Positions 49,611 to 62,738 of a stretch of 64,000 nt of DNA are shown piece by piece. The notes beneath the pieces were generated by a model. It saw only the letters and a program-made list of their open reading frames with translations. It did no database searches and was not told the DNA's origin. Positions within the stretch are counted from its first letter, which is position 1. Every line of letters begins with the position of its first letter. Position numbers and translations under genes: made by a program. Source of the DNA: Paraphysomonas bandaiensis (taxonomy: Eukaryota; Protista; Chrysophyceae); assembly GCA_965644295.1 (NCBI GenBank), contig CBFFRP010000296.1, positions 248,001-312,000 on the forward strand, in the 5' to 3' direction.

Positions 49611-50189
49611 CGGTACTCATCCCCCGCTCAATATGGAATGGATGTTAGCCCTTCGGGATCCATGCTCGTTCAGTCAGGGGGACGTCAGTCAGGTAAGGCT
49701 TTGGAGGATTGTGAGGGGTACATGATTCTGTATTATTGTTGTCGAGGCGTAGGCCTAGGTTCTAGATCATCATGAGAAGTTCGCAATTTGGACCTGGGGC
49801 GCAGAAATTCCTTAAGAAAGTTCATTTATGCACAGCACTCGAATAAGAAGATACCAGAGGTGGGGTTCCACATTTGCTATATATAATTGACAGCTATTTG
49901 CTTCTATCTAGAAGTCGAGGTAATACCAAAACCTCCTGGTTTTTGATGTAAAACCTGGTGAAATTTTTGATGATGGTTGGAAAGGGGAATAACTATGCAC
50001 AATAAGTAACTACGAAGATATAATAACACTATGAAAAGTATTATTTATAATATTTTTTACTAATTTCTTCCATAATACTTCGGTTTTACAGCAAAAAAAG
50101 TCACCGACTACACATATATATTACATACAGTTCACAAGTATGAGCTATACCCATCTCACATCTCACTAGATCCGTCAACTGTACCATCT

Positions 50190-52455
50190 ATGCTACATGA
50201 GCAAAGAGAGCAACAGGAACAGAGGGAAGTAATTGCAGTCTCCTTGTCACCGAGAGCTCGACGTCAACTACGGCAGATGAACCCCACGGACCGTCGACAA
50301 CTCAGGCTCCATATGTGCGACATGAGCAGAGTCTATCGCCTCACCCTCAGACCCTCAGCCCTTCGCACACAACAACATATCCCAAGTGATGGATACTGCG
50401 CATACAGCACACTCTATCATCTGCACATTCTTGCTTCAAGCAGGCGACACACTCGCTCCTGTCTGAAATTAGACCTCAAACAACGCAAGGACCGTCACAC
50501 GCTAGCATCTTTTATAAATACATTAGGCACCCAAGCGTTCGACACAATGCAACGGGAGTGCATGGCCCATCACACACTTCAGCCACTACGACATAAGTTG
50601 GATCACGCACAGGCCGCACTTTTAATACCTGCCAAAACAACATACACTACGGAGGACGACATAACTCACTGGCTCTCAGTGCGAGAGGTCCACCTTTTAG
50701 CCTCTACTATCAACCCCTGCACGACGTGGGCGCAAAATGGTAATTATCTCAGCATTGTAGGTATCCCTACTGACAAAGTAGCTTATAACATCGCATGGAA
50801 GGTGGAGGAACTTAGGAACGCTATTCGTGATAACTACTACCATGTCATACTACAAGATGCTCACTACTTCCTCTTAGACCCTGCCGGTCTTTCTACTGCC
50901 CTAGACAACGCCCTACTATCTCTTGAAAACACCTTGGCCACCAGTATACTCTCAACGTCTGACCCCATCGCTCCACCTACACTTCCCGCGGACTCAATCA
51001 CGAACAACAATAGGACATCAAAGACGACCAGCACCAGAACAACCTCGTCCAGCAGCACCAAGTTAGCACGAACAAATCGACAGATTCTGCAGGCTTCAAC
51101 CCCTGGAGCACTACCATCGCACAGGAAGATGCAGTTGAAACACGCCCAAACTGCGTTGACAAGTCGATGCCAGCCAACCCGGAAAGCCAAAAAGGTCGTA
51201 AATTACGATGAAAGTGACCAACCAACGAACCTTCACAACTCACACCAATCCACGACCACACGAACGATCAGACCAACTCCAGCACTTGATACCACCAGCT
51301 GGGACAAGGACTGGTCAAGAAAGTTCTACATTGCGTACGCCGATAACACTGCCAAAGGACTATCCCTTTATGCGAAGAACACATTCCCAGCAGACGTCAT
51401 CATTGCTGAGTACAAAGGCAAACGCTATCCACTAACAAAGCTGAGTCAGTCTGCAAGGCGTTCTGATTACATAGTTCAAGACAGTACTGGTACCTTCGCA
51501 ATAGATGGCTTTGACCAAGTCCGACAATGTGTAACATGCGAAGCTGGGTATATTAATGACCCCCTAGCCACAAACATGGCTAATGTCAAGTTTGTCACGA
51601 AAAATAAACGCCTCTATGTCCGTACAATACGTCCCATTGCTAAGGATGAAGAACTTCTCATCAACTACGGGCATCATTACTGGTGTGATCAACGCTGGCC
51701 ACTTGAGATATTAATCCAAGCCAGGGCTGCGTACGACAGCGACATAGGCGGTGCCAATAAAGCAGTATGGGACAGACTCCTTGCAGACAAGAGTGGAACT
51801 CCTACAGAGACCTCCAGCAGCATCCCCAAGGCTCCCTCGGGAGCAGCCATGGGACTCCGACTCTCCACATGGAACACAAATGGCAATCCGGCATCTCACA
51901 CAGGCAAAGTCCAAGCTATCATCCGACACTTTAAGCGGCAAAAATTGGACGTGCTCCTATTACAGGATGTCCGTCTAACAGAAACTCAGGCCAACTTCTT
52001 CACACGTATCATAGAAGATGCAATCCAGGGATCAAGAATATGCCTCTTCCTCAGCAAGCAGCCAAAACTGACTTCAAGAGACCCACTAATGGGGGGTACA
52101 GTAGTCATAATCAGCGAATACTGGAAGCGCCGTCTCGCCTTCACAAAGGCTGACTTTACGGGACTTGGTTTAGTGAGCCGACTAGAGTTCAAAACGTCGG
52201 TGGCGCACACCCTAGTACTAATAAGCGTCTATCTACCCCCGAAGCCATCCACGCCAGGCTCTTGCACATTATGGAGCAAATTGACCAAGCTAGGGAGAGC
52301 GTCCCGTGGTATCTGTACGGCTGACCCCTACAAGCTCCTATGCAACATCCTTACGAAATGGGTCACTAAAGCCAGAGCCAAGGACCATACTGTCATTGTC
52401 GCCGGCGACTTCAATGGCTCCATGGAGACAAATCCGAAAGGCAGAGACATACGAC
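50190..52455 (+). CDS. LINE ORF, 5' part: OTU-like protease, SET domain, N-terminal part of the APE endonuclease
   Basis: IPSDGYC..WLSVREVHLLA..AHY (OTU); KGLSLYA..IAEYKG..IDG..AGYIND..NVKF..IRPIAKDEELLINYGHHYW (SET); LSTWNTNG, LLLQD, SVYLPP and VAGDFNG (APE). Confidence 0.88.
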
Positions 52456-55400
52456 TGTGGGCTTGCATACATATGTGTATGTGTGCAAAGCAATACCCAA
52501 GTACAGAAGTACAAAATAATGATTATTATCGTATAATGAATCATGAATAATACTGTCTACAATATCAACGGCTAATAATACTGTCTACAATATCAACGGC
52601 TAATAATACTGTCTACAATATCAACGGCTATTGCTAATCCCAACAATCACATTCCCTACAGTTTGTATTCCTAACTACATGGTACACGTATACAATACAG
52701 TACTGTACTACTAATCATATAATACAGGACATGTACACGTATATATTCTATATGTAAGTGGATAGTCCTACACTACCTCCCCTTATAATTGATGTGTTAA
52801 TGTGTTATATTGACACTCAATTCTGTAAACTTTGTTATTAATCTTCTTCATCAGAAGAATAAACCACATTTCGAGGTAGTAAATTTCTTACATTTTCATC
52901 AGGATGTTGAGTTAGGAAATTTTGTAGAGCATACGTTTTTCTAACGTTAGCCCATGGTTCCCATGTAGGTTTTTCATACCCTATCCAATGTACTAGAAAT
53001 TTTATTTGACTTTTCGGACCTTTAGCTCGACCTTTTATTTTTGAAATATGGTCAATAGCATAAAAGTTTCCACCATCTTTACATGCCACTTGTAAGGGGT
53101 CAATAGTAGAGGGATCGTAATTAAATTCCCTTAATTTCTTTATATGATAGTCTTTATTACGTTTAGTAACAATATCTTGAAGAGTATATTTGTCTCCAAT
53201 AACATTGACTACTCGCATTGGACCTTTAAGATATGGTAATAACTTACTTGCCGGTCCAGGACGTAAAGCATTTTGTCTATGCTCAACTAACACATAAGAA
53301 TTTATTGGAAATTCTTTTGTTTGTATATTTGGTGCAGTTGCCATGTGGATTTCATCATGTTTGCGAAGATTTCGTCTTGCAACATCCATAATAGTGGACT
53401 GAACCTTTTGTATTCTATCTATCCAATGTGATAGCTTTTGTTCGTTCCCGTCCAAGTTCTCATTGTGTTCAATGAATAAACTCTTATCTAAATCTACTGC
53501 ATTCCCAAATAGAATACTAGCGGGAGTAACGCCGGTGCTTCTATGTTTAGAAGAATTCATAATTCTTTGTACTAAAGGTAGATACATTGACCAATTATTT
53601 AGTACATTTTTATCAAATATAATATTTCTTAAGTGCCTTAAAATTTCTTTATTAGCACGTTCCACTATAGCATTTTCTTCTTTAGAATACGCCATCGAAA
53701 ATGATTGATTACTTCCAACCATTTCTATCAATGATTTTGTTAAATCATCCACAAATGCTGGTCCAAGATCCGAATGAATCTCAATAGGTGCTCCATATCT
53801 ACCCAGGTGTTGAAGCAATCCCCTTTGCCGCCGCCATGGCAGTGAGATTCTTAGTAGGGATTAATTCTACCCACCTAGAAAAAGAATCGATAATCACTAA
53901 TATATTAGTGTATCCATCCTCATCTGGATGCAGACTCTGAATAAAATCCACTGCTATTCTTTGCATCGGGCCATATGTTGAGACAGTAAAGGGATGAGCA
54001 TTAATTATTGGTTTAATTCTACTCATCTTTTGACAACAAGGACAAGTTTTAATAAATTTTGTCACATGTGCCCCTTGCTTTGACCATTTATGACCATTGT
54101 CTCGTAATTTTTGTATTGTACGATCAATACCATGATGACCTGTAACATTGTTATGAAATCTTTTAATAATTTCCCATTCCTTGTTTGGAACTTTAATATC
54201 GGGAATTAGGGAAGCACATTTTGTTTCCATTTTAGATTCTAATGCACATAGTCTACTAAATGCATCAGCAACAACATTATCAGATCCTTTAATATCACAT
54301 AGATCATAATCATATGCTTGGAAACATTTCAACCATCGCTGAACTTTCTTATCCTTAGCGTAATCAGTTCTCAACTGAGTAATATTTTTATGATCTGTTT
54401 TGATCGTAAAGTATCTATACCTTAATAGGTAGTCCCATTTATCTAAGGCATAGTATATAGCATATCCTTCTTTCTGAGGTGTATCCCAATTCATCATTCT
54501 TTCATCGAATGTTTTACTGAGAAATCCTATTGGACGTTCTACACCATCTACTACTTGGTAGAGGTATGCTCCTATTCCATAATCAGATGCATCGGTCAAT
54601 AAATATATTGGTGACTCGTCATCAATGAAAAATAATGTTGGACATTCATGGATCATCAATTTGATCTTTTCAAATGCTTCATTGGCATCCTCTGTCCATT
54701 GTAGACGTTTACGTCTATGATAGTTGAGAAGCATTTTATTTAACGGTCTCACCACTAAGGAGTGGTTGTGCACGTGATCCCGAAAATAATTTGCCAATCC
54801 GAGGAAAGATTTTAGACCCTTCATAGTTTCAGGCTTTGGGAAATTTAATACACTATCCAGACGTTCTCTAGTAAAGTGTAACCCTTCCTCATTTAGAGTA
54901 TGTCCTACATATTGTACTTCGGACTCTCCTATTTTCACTTTCTCAGGATTAATGTAAACATTGTATTTCCTGAAGCGTTCTAGAACTTTAACGTAATTTT
55001 CAATTAGTTCATCTTCTGTAGAAGCATATATAATCAGGTCATCTAGATATAATTCACATATGAACATAATCAACCCGGCAAGCACAATTGTTGTTAATAC
55101 TCGTTGAAAGTATGATGGAGCACCACTCAAACCCATGGGTAGTCGGAGCCATTCGAATACTCCCCAGAAGGTTATAAATGCCGTCCACTTTCTCGAGTAC
55201 TCTGAAATTTTAGCCTGGTAATAACCAGATACTAAATCCAGAATTATGAAGTATTTGGGTTTCTTAGACCCAATACGTTCTAACATTTCTTTGATGTTAG
55301 GTATTGGCCAACGTTCCCTCTGTGTGTGCTTGTTTAGACCTTTATAGTCTACACAGAATCGCCATTTATCATTTGGTTTGGGAACTAATAATACCTGGCT

Positions 55401-58040
55401 ATAATAAGGAGCCGTACTTGGTTGTATTATTCCATGCTCCACAAATGTATCGATTTGCTTTTTACAAGCATACTGTCGTACTCGATCCATCTTTCGTGGC
55501 GGACCACAATGTTTTGGTTGTTCCCAAGCATCCCTATCTACCTCTAATTCAAAAGGTGGAACATCCATTGGCATATCCGACACTGTGGTTTTAAATCTAT
55601 CCTTATAGATTTCATGGATTTCTCTCACCCTCCTTTGTAAAGATTCGGGACCAGAGATTTTAGTTGGTAACGTAGTACCTTCTACTTTTTCCTGAGTATT
55701 TGTAACTATTTCTTCTGGGATTGACTCCAGATAGTTATCTCTAATCTCGCCTATATCTTCCTTTTCATATGCACTTATACGCATGGATGATATTGGAGGT
55801 GAATACATAGTACTAACCAAGCTATTACTTGTAAGTAAATTATTATTATAACTAAGGTGTTCCTTAGCTTGGCGCCTTAATGTTTCCATGTTATTATAAC
55901 ATGTGGCTCTCTCACTAATATGTTCCGAGAGAAGCTGAGTCTTCTCAGCATGGCCCGCGGCCGTAGCTAGCATTTTCCCTGCTAACTCTCTTTCCATAAA
56001 GTGAGATGGAAAATGATCAACTAATCTATATTTCTTGATAGTTTCTCTACCAATTATGATATCAAAGGTGCTATCTATTATCAAACATTGCAACTCAATA
56101 TCAAGAGTATTGTTATACTCATCAGTTAATCTTATAGTTATTATCATATATTGCTTGCTACTACAACAAGCATTATCAAGCGCACTACAAATTTTAATGT
56201 TACACTCGTGCAATGGAATATTATACCTAGCAACTAACATATCAGCAAGTTCTTGGTTAATGAAATTATTCCCAGTAGCCCCCGTGTCCAATAAGGCTTT
56301 AGCCCTTAGATTTTCCTTTACCTGTTGTACATTGACATCAGCTTTAGGACATACAAAGACATCGAGCATATCATTATTCATGTCAATAGCATTTATATAT
56401 AAACACTTAGGGCATGATAACTTACTTGTTTTCGATCTCGGAGGACCATCAGGATTCTCCACATAAGGGCAGGTACTCCAACCCATAGCCGCATATTTTT
56501 TGCCCTGTGTGGAATCTTTCCATGGCTTCTTTTCATGGTTAGCCCATGCACAGGTTTTGCGGGTGCAGTCACCTTTATGAAGATTACCGCATATCCAACA
56601 TGCTTCCTTAGTATCAGTTGTTGCTTTAGTACTTGAGGATGAGCTGGAGGATGAAGTTTTTGTAGTCTTAGACTTGTTAGACTTAGACGTTTCTTTGGAA
56701 TCCAATTTAGTTTCCATCCTCTTTACTTTTCTCACAGCTTGACTATAGTCATTGTTAAGCTCTCGCACCTTTCTACAGAATGCTCCGAAATCTTTTGGTG
56801 CAGATTGACCTTGGCCTATATCCGCTATAAATTTCTCTTTGGCATCCTTTCTGAAGGAATGTCCGCCCACAAGTTTAATGTTTTTCTTGAGGGTTTTGAC
56901 TATGGTATCCGAGGCTACCTCTGTGAGACTTGCCTCCGGAATGAGCTTATAAAGCTCATTCAGACGTCCATATTCTTTTAAGAATACTTTAGGAACATGA
57001 ATATCCACCTTAACCTTTGGTCCAATGATATTATCTATGAACCTAGGAAGAGGCTCCAATGTATCAGAGTATCGCTCCTCTTCCTCTAGAAAGGCTTGCT
57101 TTAACCACTGAATCAATTCCTCAGTAGTTACAATGTTTGGATCTAGCCAGTCCTCGTCAGACTCATCTCCAAAATCCTGCTGTCGCTGAAACTGAAGCAT
57201 ATCACGCACTGTTGGTGCCATGATTTCTGACCTTATGAATTTTGTCCCTTTAGGATCTCTTTTCGAGAGATTTTCACAAAATTCGATGATATCCTCATCT
57301 TGCACACTACCTAAGTAGGGAATAGAGTCGGTATTGATTACTTCATGTGGAGTGGATTCCGTCGCAATGACTTCATTCAAGTCAATGCGCTCACTCCTGT
57401 TGGGGTGCGGATCTCCACTCCTTTGCTTCTTTCTCTTTGGTTGAGAAGAAGAGAGCTCACGAAATGATACTCCACTCAATTCTCCTTCCGCCTCTACTGA
57501 TGTTTCAGTTTGAGGAGAAGATTGCATTTGAGATGATGTTGTTGCATCTCTTGCTCGTTTTCGAGAGGATTCTCTCTCTCTTTTCGTCTTTTTAGACGAA
57601 GAACCCGAAGCAGCTAACAATTCCTCTATTTGAGGAGCTGCTTTTATTTTGCTTCTCTTACTTTCCCCCATAATATTGTTATATCACAGAGATTGAGTAC
57701 TACTTATTAAGTAATATTACTGTGGGCTTGCATACATATGTGTATGTGTGCAAAGCAATACCCAAGTACAGAAGTACAAAATAATGATTATTATCGTATA
57801 ATGAATCATGAATAATACTGTCTACAATATCAACGGCTAATAATACTGTCTACAATATCAACGGCTAATAATACTGTCTACAATATCAACGGCTAATGCT
57901 AATCCCAACAACAATCACCTTCCCTACAGTTTGTATTCCTAACTACATGGTACACGTATACAATACAGTACTGTACTACTAATCATATAATACAGGACAT
58001 GTACACGTATATATTCTATATGTAAGTGGATAGTCCTACA
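52456..58040 (-). mobile_element. Ty3/gypsy chromovirus; LTRs 52456-52772 and 57721-58040; TSD CGAC
   Basis: TG...CA LTRs differ by 2 substitutions and a 3-bp indel; CGAC at 52452-52455 and 58041-58044; PPT GGGGAGGTAG on the minus strand next to 52772; each LTR has 3 x 28-bp repeats (52546-52629, 57811-57894). Confidence 0.97.
52838..57671 (-). CDS. Gypsy gag-pol (Zn knuckle, protease, RT, RNase H, integrase, chromodomain) with a single 1-nt frameshift at ~53820
   Basis: CWICGNLHKGDC, LLDTGA, WRFCVDYK, YLDD, TDASDYGIG, H..GHHG..CPCCQ, VDFI/SDLG/VERAN (DDE), GPMRV, and FLVHWIGYEKPTWEP (chromodomain). Confidence 0.95.
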
Positions 58041-58044
58041 CGAC

Positions 58045-61000
58045 CACTTGCCGACAAACTCCAACTGGCTGCACCACTCCATGAGCTTCTCCTACCCAGG
58101 AAAACATATCATACCTTCCACAGATTAGACAAAGGAATATCGCGGATCGATCATATTCTACACACGCCGTTACTTCCGAACATGTCTGTTACGGACACTG
58201 GCTGCCTTGACTCCCCCTCACTACTCGCAGCAGCCTTCGATCATCGACCGGTCTGGGTCGGTTTCACTGTACCAGTCAATCTTGACCCTCGACCACCTGA
58301 GTCGCACCTCCGAATCCCCCCCCGTCTCAATGTAAACCCGAAGGACTCCAAGGAAGTACAGGCATACACCGCAAGACTCCTCCAACTTCATGCACAACTA
58401 CCACATTTAGACAACGGATCGTCTGCCATACTCCCTCCTGAGGTGGCAGCCAACAGACTAGCGGCCATCCATCACATAACCCTCCAGGCTTCGCTTGAAG
58501 CGAAGCGTCCTGCATGTACTTATAGCACACGACTACACGAACGTTGTCAGCGCAAACGCTCAAAGTTCAAGAATGGCTTTTCCCCGGAAATGAGAGTAAT
58601 ACAAGAAGGAATGATCATGGTTTTGCGGATTATCCAAAAGATGTTCAATTCTGCCGGATACAAACGGCTTGGATGGCGCGGCCCCCCGGCAACCACCCCC
58701 ACCCACGAAATCATCACTGCATGGTTCATCCGATGGGACTCCTATCTCAGGAGTTCTCAGGGTCACATCAAAGGCATATCAGACATCAACTTCTGGTGCA
58801 GCCATCGCAACGCGGACCCACGAGTAATCCTGGGTTGGAACGAAAAGCAAGCCACCAAGAAAAACCTTCTCCGAATTGCCTTGCGACTGAGAGGACTTCT
58901 TCATGGAAGAGCCAGGACAGAAATGCGGACTAGACTCACGGCTCGCACCAATCAGATGGAGGCACTGCTACAGCAGAAAAGACTTCAAGCAATTCTTCAG
59001 AAAATTGGTCTCAAGGTCAAAACACCACTCCGACTTACCACGGTGAAAACAACTGACGGACACATCCTCACAACACCGCAAGACATTCATGAAGGCATTA
59101 ATGCGCACTTCCGTGAACATCATGCCAAACCTCCTGGACTTGACCCTGTAGCACAACAGCTCCAGGATGACCCTACATGGTGGAAATCCCTTCTTGATCC
59201 GGGCTCAGCGACATGCCAGGAACCACTCCACCCCCGCTCGAAAATCCCTCTTCCCCTGCAACTGGGGTTACGACGGGCCCTTTGTACCAAGACCACTCCG
59301 GCCATGGCAGCCACACTCAAATCTACTCTTGCAAAAGACATCACCCAGGATGAATTCTACTGCACACTTCACTCTCTCTCCTTCAACCGCGCGCCTGGAC
59401 CCTCAATGGTCTCCTCCAACATGGTCAAATCCTGGCCACCGGTAGTTCAGCGAGAGGCTTACATCCTCACCAGATCTCTCTGGAAACATAAACATGTGCC
59501 CATTTGGTGGAGAGACAGGGTAATGTCTCCCATTCTCAAGAAACCAGGAGAATCCTCCCTCAATAATCTCCGACCGATTGGTCTGCTTGAAGTCAGTAGG
59601 AAAATATTAACAAGGATAATCACTCATAGAATTCTTACCGTATGGGAGGAACAGAAAGTTTTGCATCCGTCCCAGCATGGTTATCGCTGGAGGAACGGGA
59701 CGGACACAGCGATACTAAGGGTACTCGCGGCTGCAGAAGAAGCAAGACGAAAAGGCGACCAGCATATATGTACACTCTGGGACTTCAAGAAGGCCTTCGA
59801 CTCAATTGCGCCTAACCTCATGCGTCTCGCGTGGGCACGACTGGGCGTTCCGGACGATGTAGTTGACTGGTTTGGCAACTTAGATGCCGGCGGTCTAACA
59901 TTTCCCTGGACACCATTCATGGCAAACAACATAGAGCCACGTTCTCTCCTTGACCTCCTGTCCGCAGACGGCCACTTCATTGCACTATTCAGTCTGGGTT
60001 TCGAAGCCGAAAGGGGTATCACCCAAGGGGGCACAGAATCCACATGCGCCTGGGTGGCACTCTACGACATCCTTCTCACGTGGCTGGACATTGAACTGTC
60101 AACAACGAGTCCAACGTTACCAACTATTCAACTCACGACTCCGACTACCGGCGAAATAAAGATCTCCTTCGCGGATGATCTTAACACAATAGCTAAATCC
60201 ATACACGCTGCCCAACTCATTGCCCAACAAATATCTGCGTTCTGCGTACTTTCGGGAATGGAACTCTCTATCCCCAAAGTAGTTTGCACAGTGTTTCCGA
60301 TCCTACAAGATTCCAACAAGTCCTCCGACCCCATTGGCTACATCATTCTCTACGACTGGTCGTGGCGTCCACACCCAGTCCCTATCCAAACATCACTAGA
60401 GTCGATACATTACCTCGGAGCAGACCTTCCTCTCACAATCACAGACAAGGCCTCCCATGATTGGTGTCTAAAATACCTGAAAGTCGTGACCACACACCTA
60501 GGGATTAAACAGGCCTCAGCCGGCTGTAAAGTCATGGTTATCGAGACCCAAATCATACCGACTTTGCTCTATAGAGCCACCAAAGCTTCATGGCCGCTAC
60601 ACTGGTACAGAGAAATTGACGCTGCTTGCGCAACCCTCTACAGAAAGGCCCTCAGTCTAGGCCCTGGATACCCCACGGAACTGATCTACCTCTCACTCAA
60701 GCACAACGGATTAGGTATGAAACGTTTCTCAGACTCGGCGCAGGAGCAAAAATGGGGATCTCTACAGCGCGCAATAACCCTCGGGGGAGAAGCAGGTCAA
60801 GCAGCACATTTTCTACTCACTCAGACAACAGAGCCACAGCCCCAATACCACCACTATGTTCTCAGCCTCAGGGAATGGGGAACGGAATTGGGCCTTACCC
60901 TTCAGCAACCTGAGCCCCCCGAACCACAGGATGAACACATGCTGACCAATCTAAAACAAGAACTCGGCCTTAATAGCGTCCAACCAGATACTTTCAAGGC

Positions 61001-62738
61001 AATCTTCACAGATGGATCATACACAGCCAGTGCGCTCTCCACGCGTCGCCTCACTCATGTCAATCCGCGAACACGATGGACACACCGAGGAGGTGCAGCG
61101 GTCGTCTACTTACCCCCAGAAAATGCCTGGGAAGATGGTACAACCATAATACTACGACTAGATACACCCTTTCGTGATGTGCCAGGTTTGGACTCATACG
61201 CATATGAACTCATAGGCACAGCCATGGGGCTTATACTCTCAACACGCATTCCCGAACACATAAGAAGCCACACAGACTGTCAGGCAGTGTGCACCCGTAC
61301 TGAGGAAGCACTCTCCACAAGACGCAGAGCTCTCGGTCACCGTGCAAAAGGGGTACTACTCGAAAGCATCGCGGCCAGTAGAGATTGCAAACGACAGGTG
61401 ACCTGGGTGAGGTCCCATCCCGAACGACGTACCACAGATGAAACGGAGTGGACGTTTGAGGACAAGGGCATCTATATTGCGGACGCAGTCGCGGGTGAAG
61501 ACTGGCATGAAGTCGATCGCATCCTTGGAAAAAATAACTACACTGTCTGTACAATTGCGATTGACAGTGCCATTGAACGCTTACTAACCGCTGGATTATG
61601 GCACTGGCGTTTGCACAGTACAAGACGGCCATACTACTCTAGCCCACTCCTTACTGATTTCCAAGATCTCTGCGACCTAAGGACACTTGAGAACTACACT
61701 TCAACCAGAGATCAACGCTACGGAAACAATCCTGATCGAGCGCCTGGCTACTGGACCAATAGCGGAGTACACCTCCCGCGCAAACTAGCTCAAGCGGATG
61801 GCAGTGCATCCAAAGACAAACTCAGCTCAAATCTACGCCAAAGAATTCTCAACACGGCACTGACATGGGACAAATCTTTCTGCATAGGGAGGAACCGGGC
61901 CAAAACCAAACAGGGGCTTGACCTGACCAAAGCCGCATGCTCTGACTGCGGGTTTCGACTAGATTCCCTAAAACATATGTGCCTCGACTGCACACATGAA
62001 TCCATCACCCAAATAAGGGAAACTGCATTTCAATCGCATAAAAATGTGCTACACGAAATACAGAGAACTCAGACCTTACCCAACTGGATCACATCTGCAC
62101 TACGGAGACTCTCCAGCAGAGCCTGGAATCCCTCCATCCCACAGGTCGAGAGATACTGGACTGGAACCATCACAGCAGCCCAACTGGAAACGGTCTTCGG
62201 AGATGACATACACAACCACCTGACGGCTCACAGTCTACGGAACCTAGAAACAGTGGTTATTAATCTCCTGCAACCGCTTTACACTGCAGCGAAGCTTATG
62301 TTACAGGATCGCGGTTGTCGCTATATCACCATGTCCAAAAGGCCGCCCAGGCTACTCCCGAGACCCCGTCCGAAACGCAGTCAGTCAAGACAACGTCCGA
62401 GAGTCCTTCGACTACTAGGGGTCCAACGAAGACCCCCCACAGCGTATCCGACTCCAGACACACGTGCACACCTCACAGGTCCTACCCGACAGAGCACTGG
62501 ACTGCCCAGACCTCCACAACGCCGACGGCTTCGACAACTCTATCTACACCCGCGGCCCCACAGGAGCACAGTAACACATACTACAAACCCAACTCCTCCT
62601 CCCAACAATCCCCACCACTCCCAACCCACACATCTGGAACTAGGTGCACTCAGGACCCTAATTCAGAATGCTGAGCCCCCTCCAAAACCAATGGAGACCC
62701 ATCCCAAAGGGAGACCCCCAGATCAAAAGCGCCGGTGA
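58045..62738 (+). CDS. LINE ORF, 3' part: APE C-terminus, reverse transcriptase, RNase H, CCHC finger, Arg/Pro-rich tail
   Basis: SRIDHI and FDHRPV (APE); APGP, LRPIGLL, QHGYR, DFKKAFDSI, GITQG, FADD and YLG (RT); FTDGS, YELIG, TDCQAV, WVRSH and ADAVA (RNase H); CSDC..DSLKHMCLDC. Confidence 0.93.

Noticed and set aside
52456-52550. C-terminus LWACIHM...MNHE of the 786-aa ORF and the MDSPT start of the 1570-aa ORF
   Set aside because: Both are read-through into gypsy LTR sequence and are not part of the LINE protein.
61990-62738. Restriction-like endonuclease after the CCHC finger (Dualen-type dual endonuclease)
   Set aside because: No PD..D/E..K pattern is visible, and the tail is low-complexity Arg/Pro-rich.
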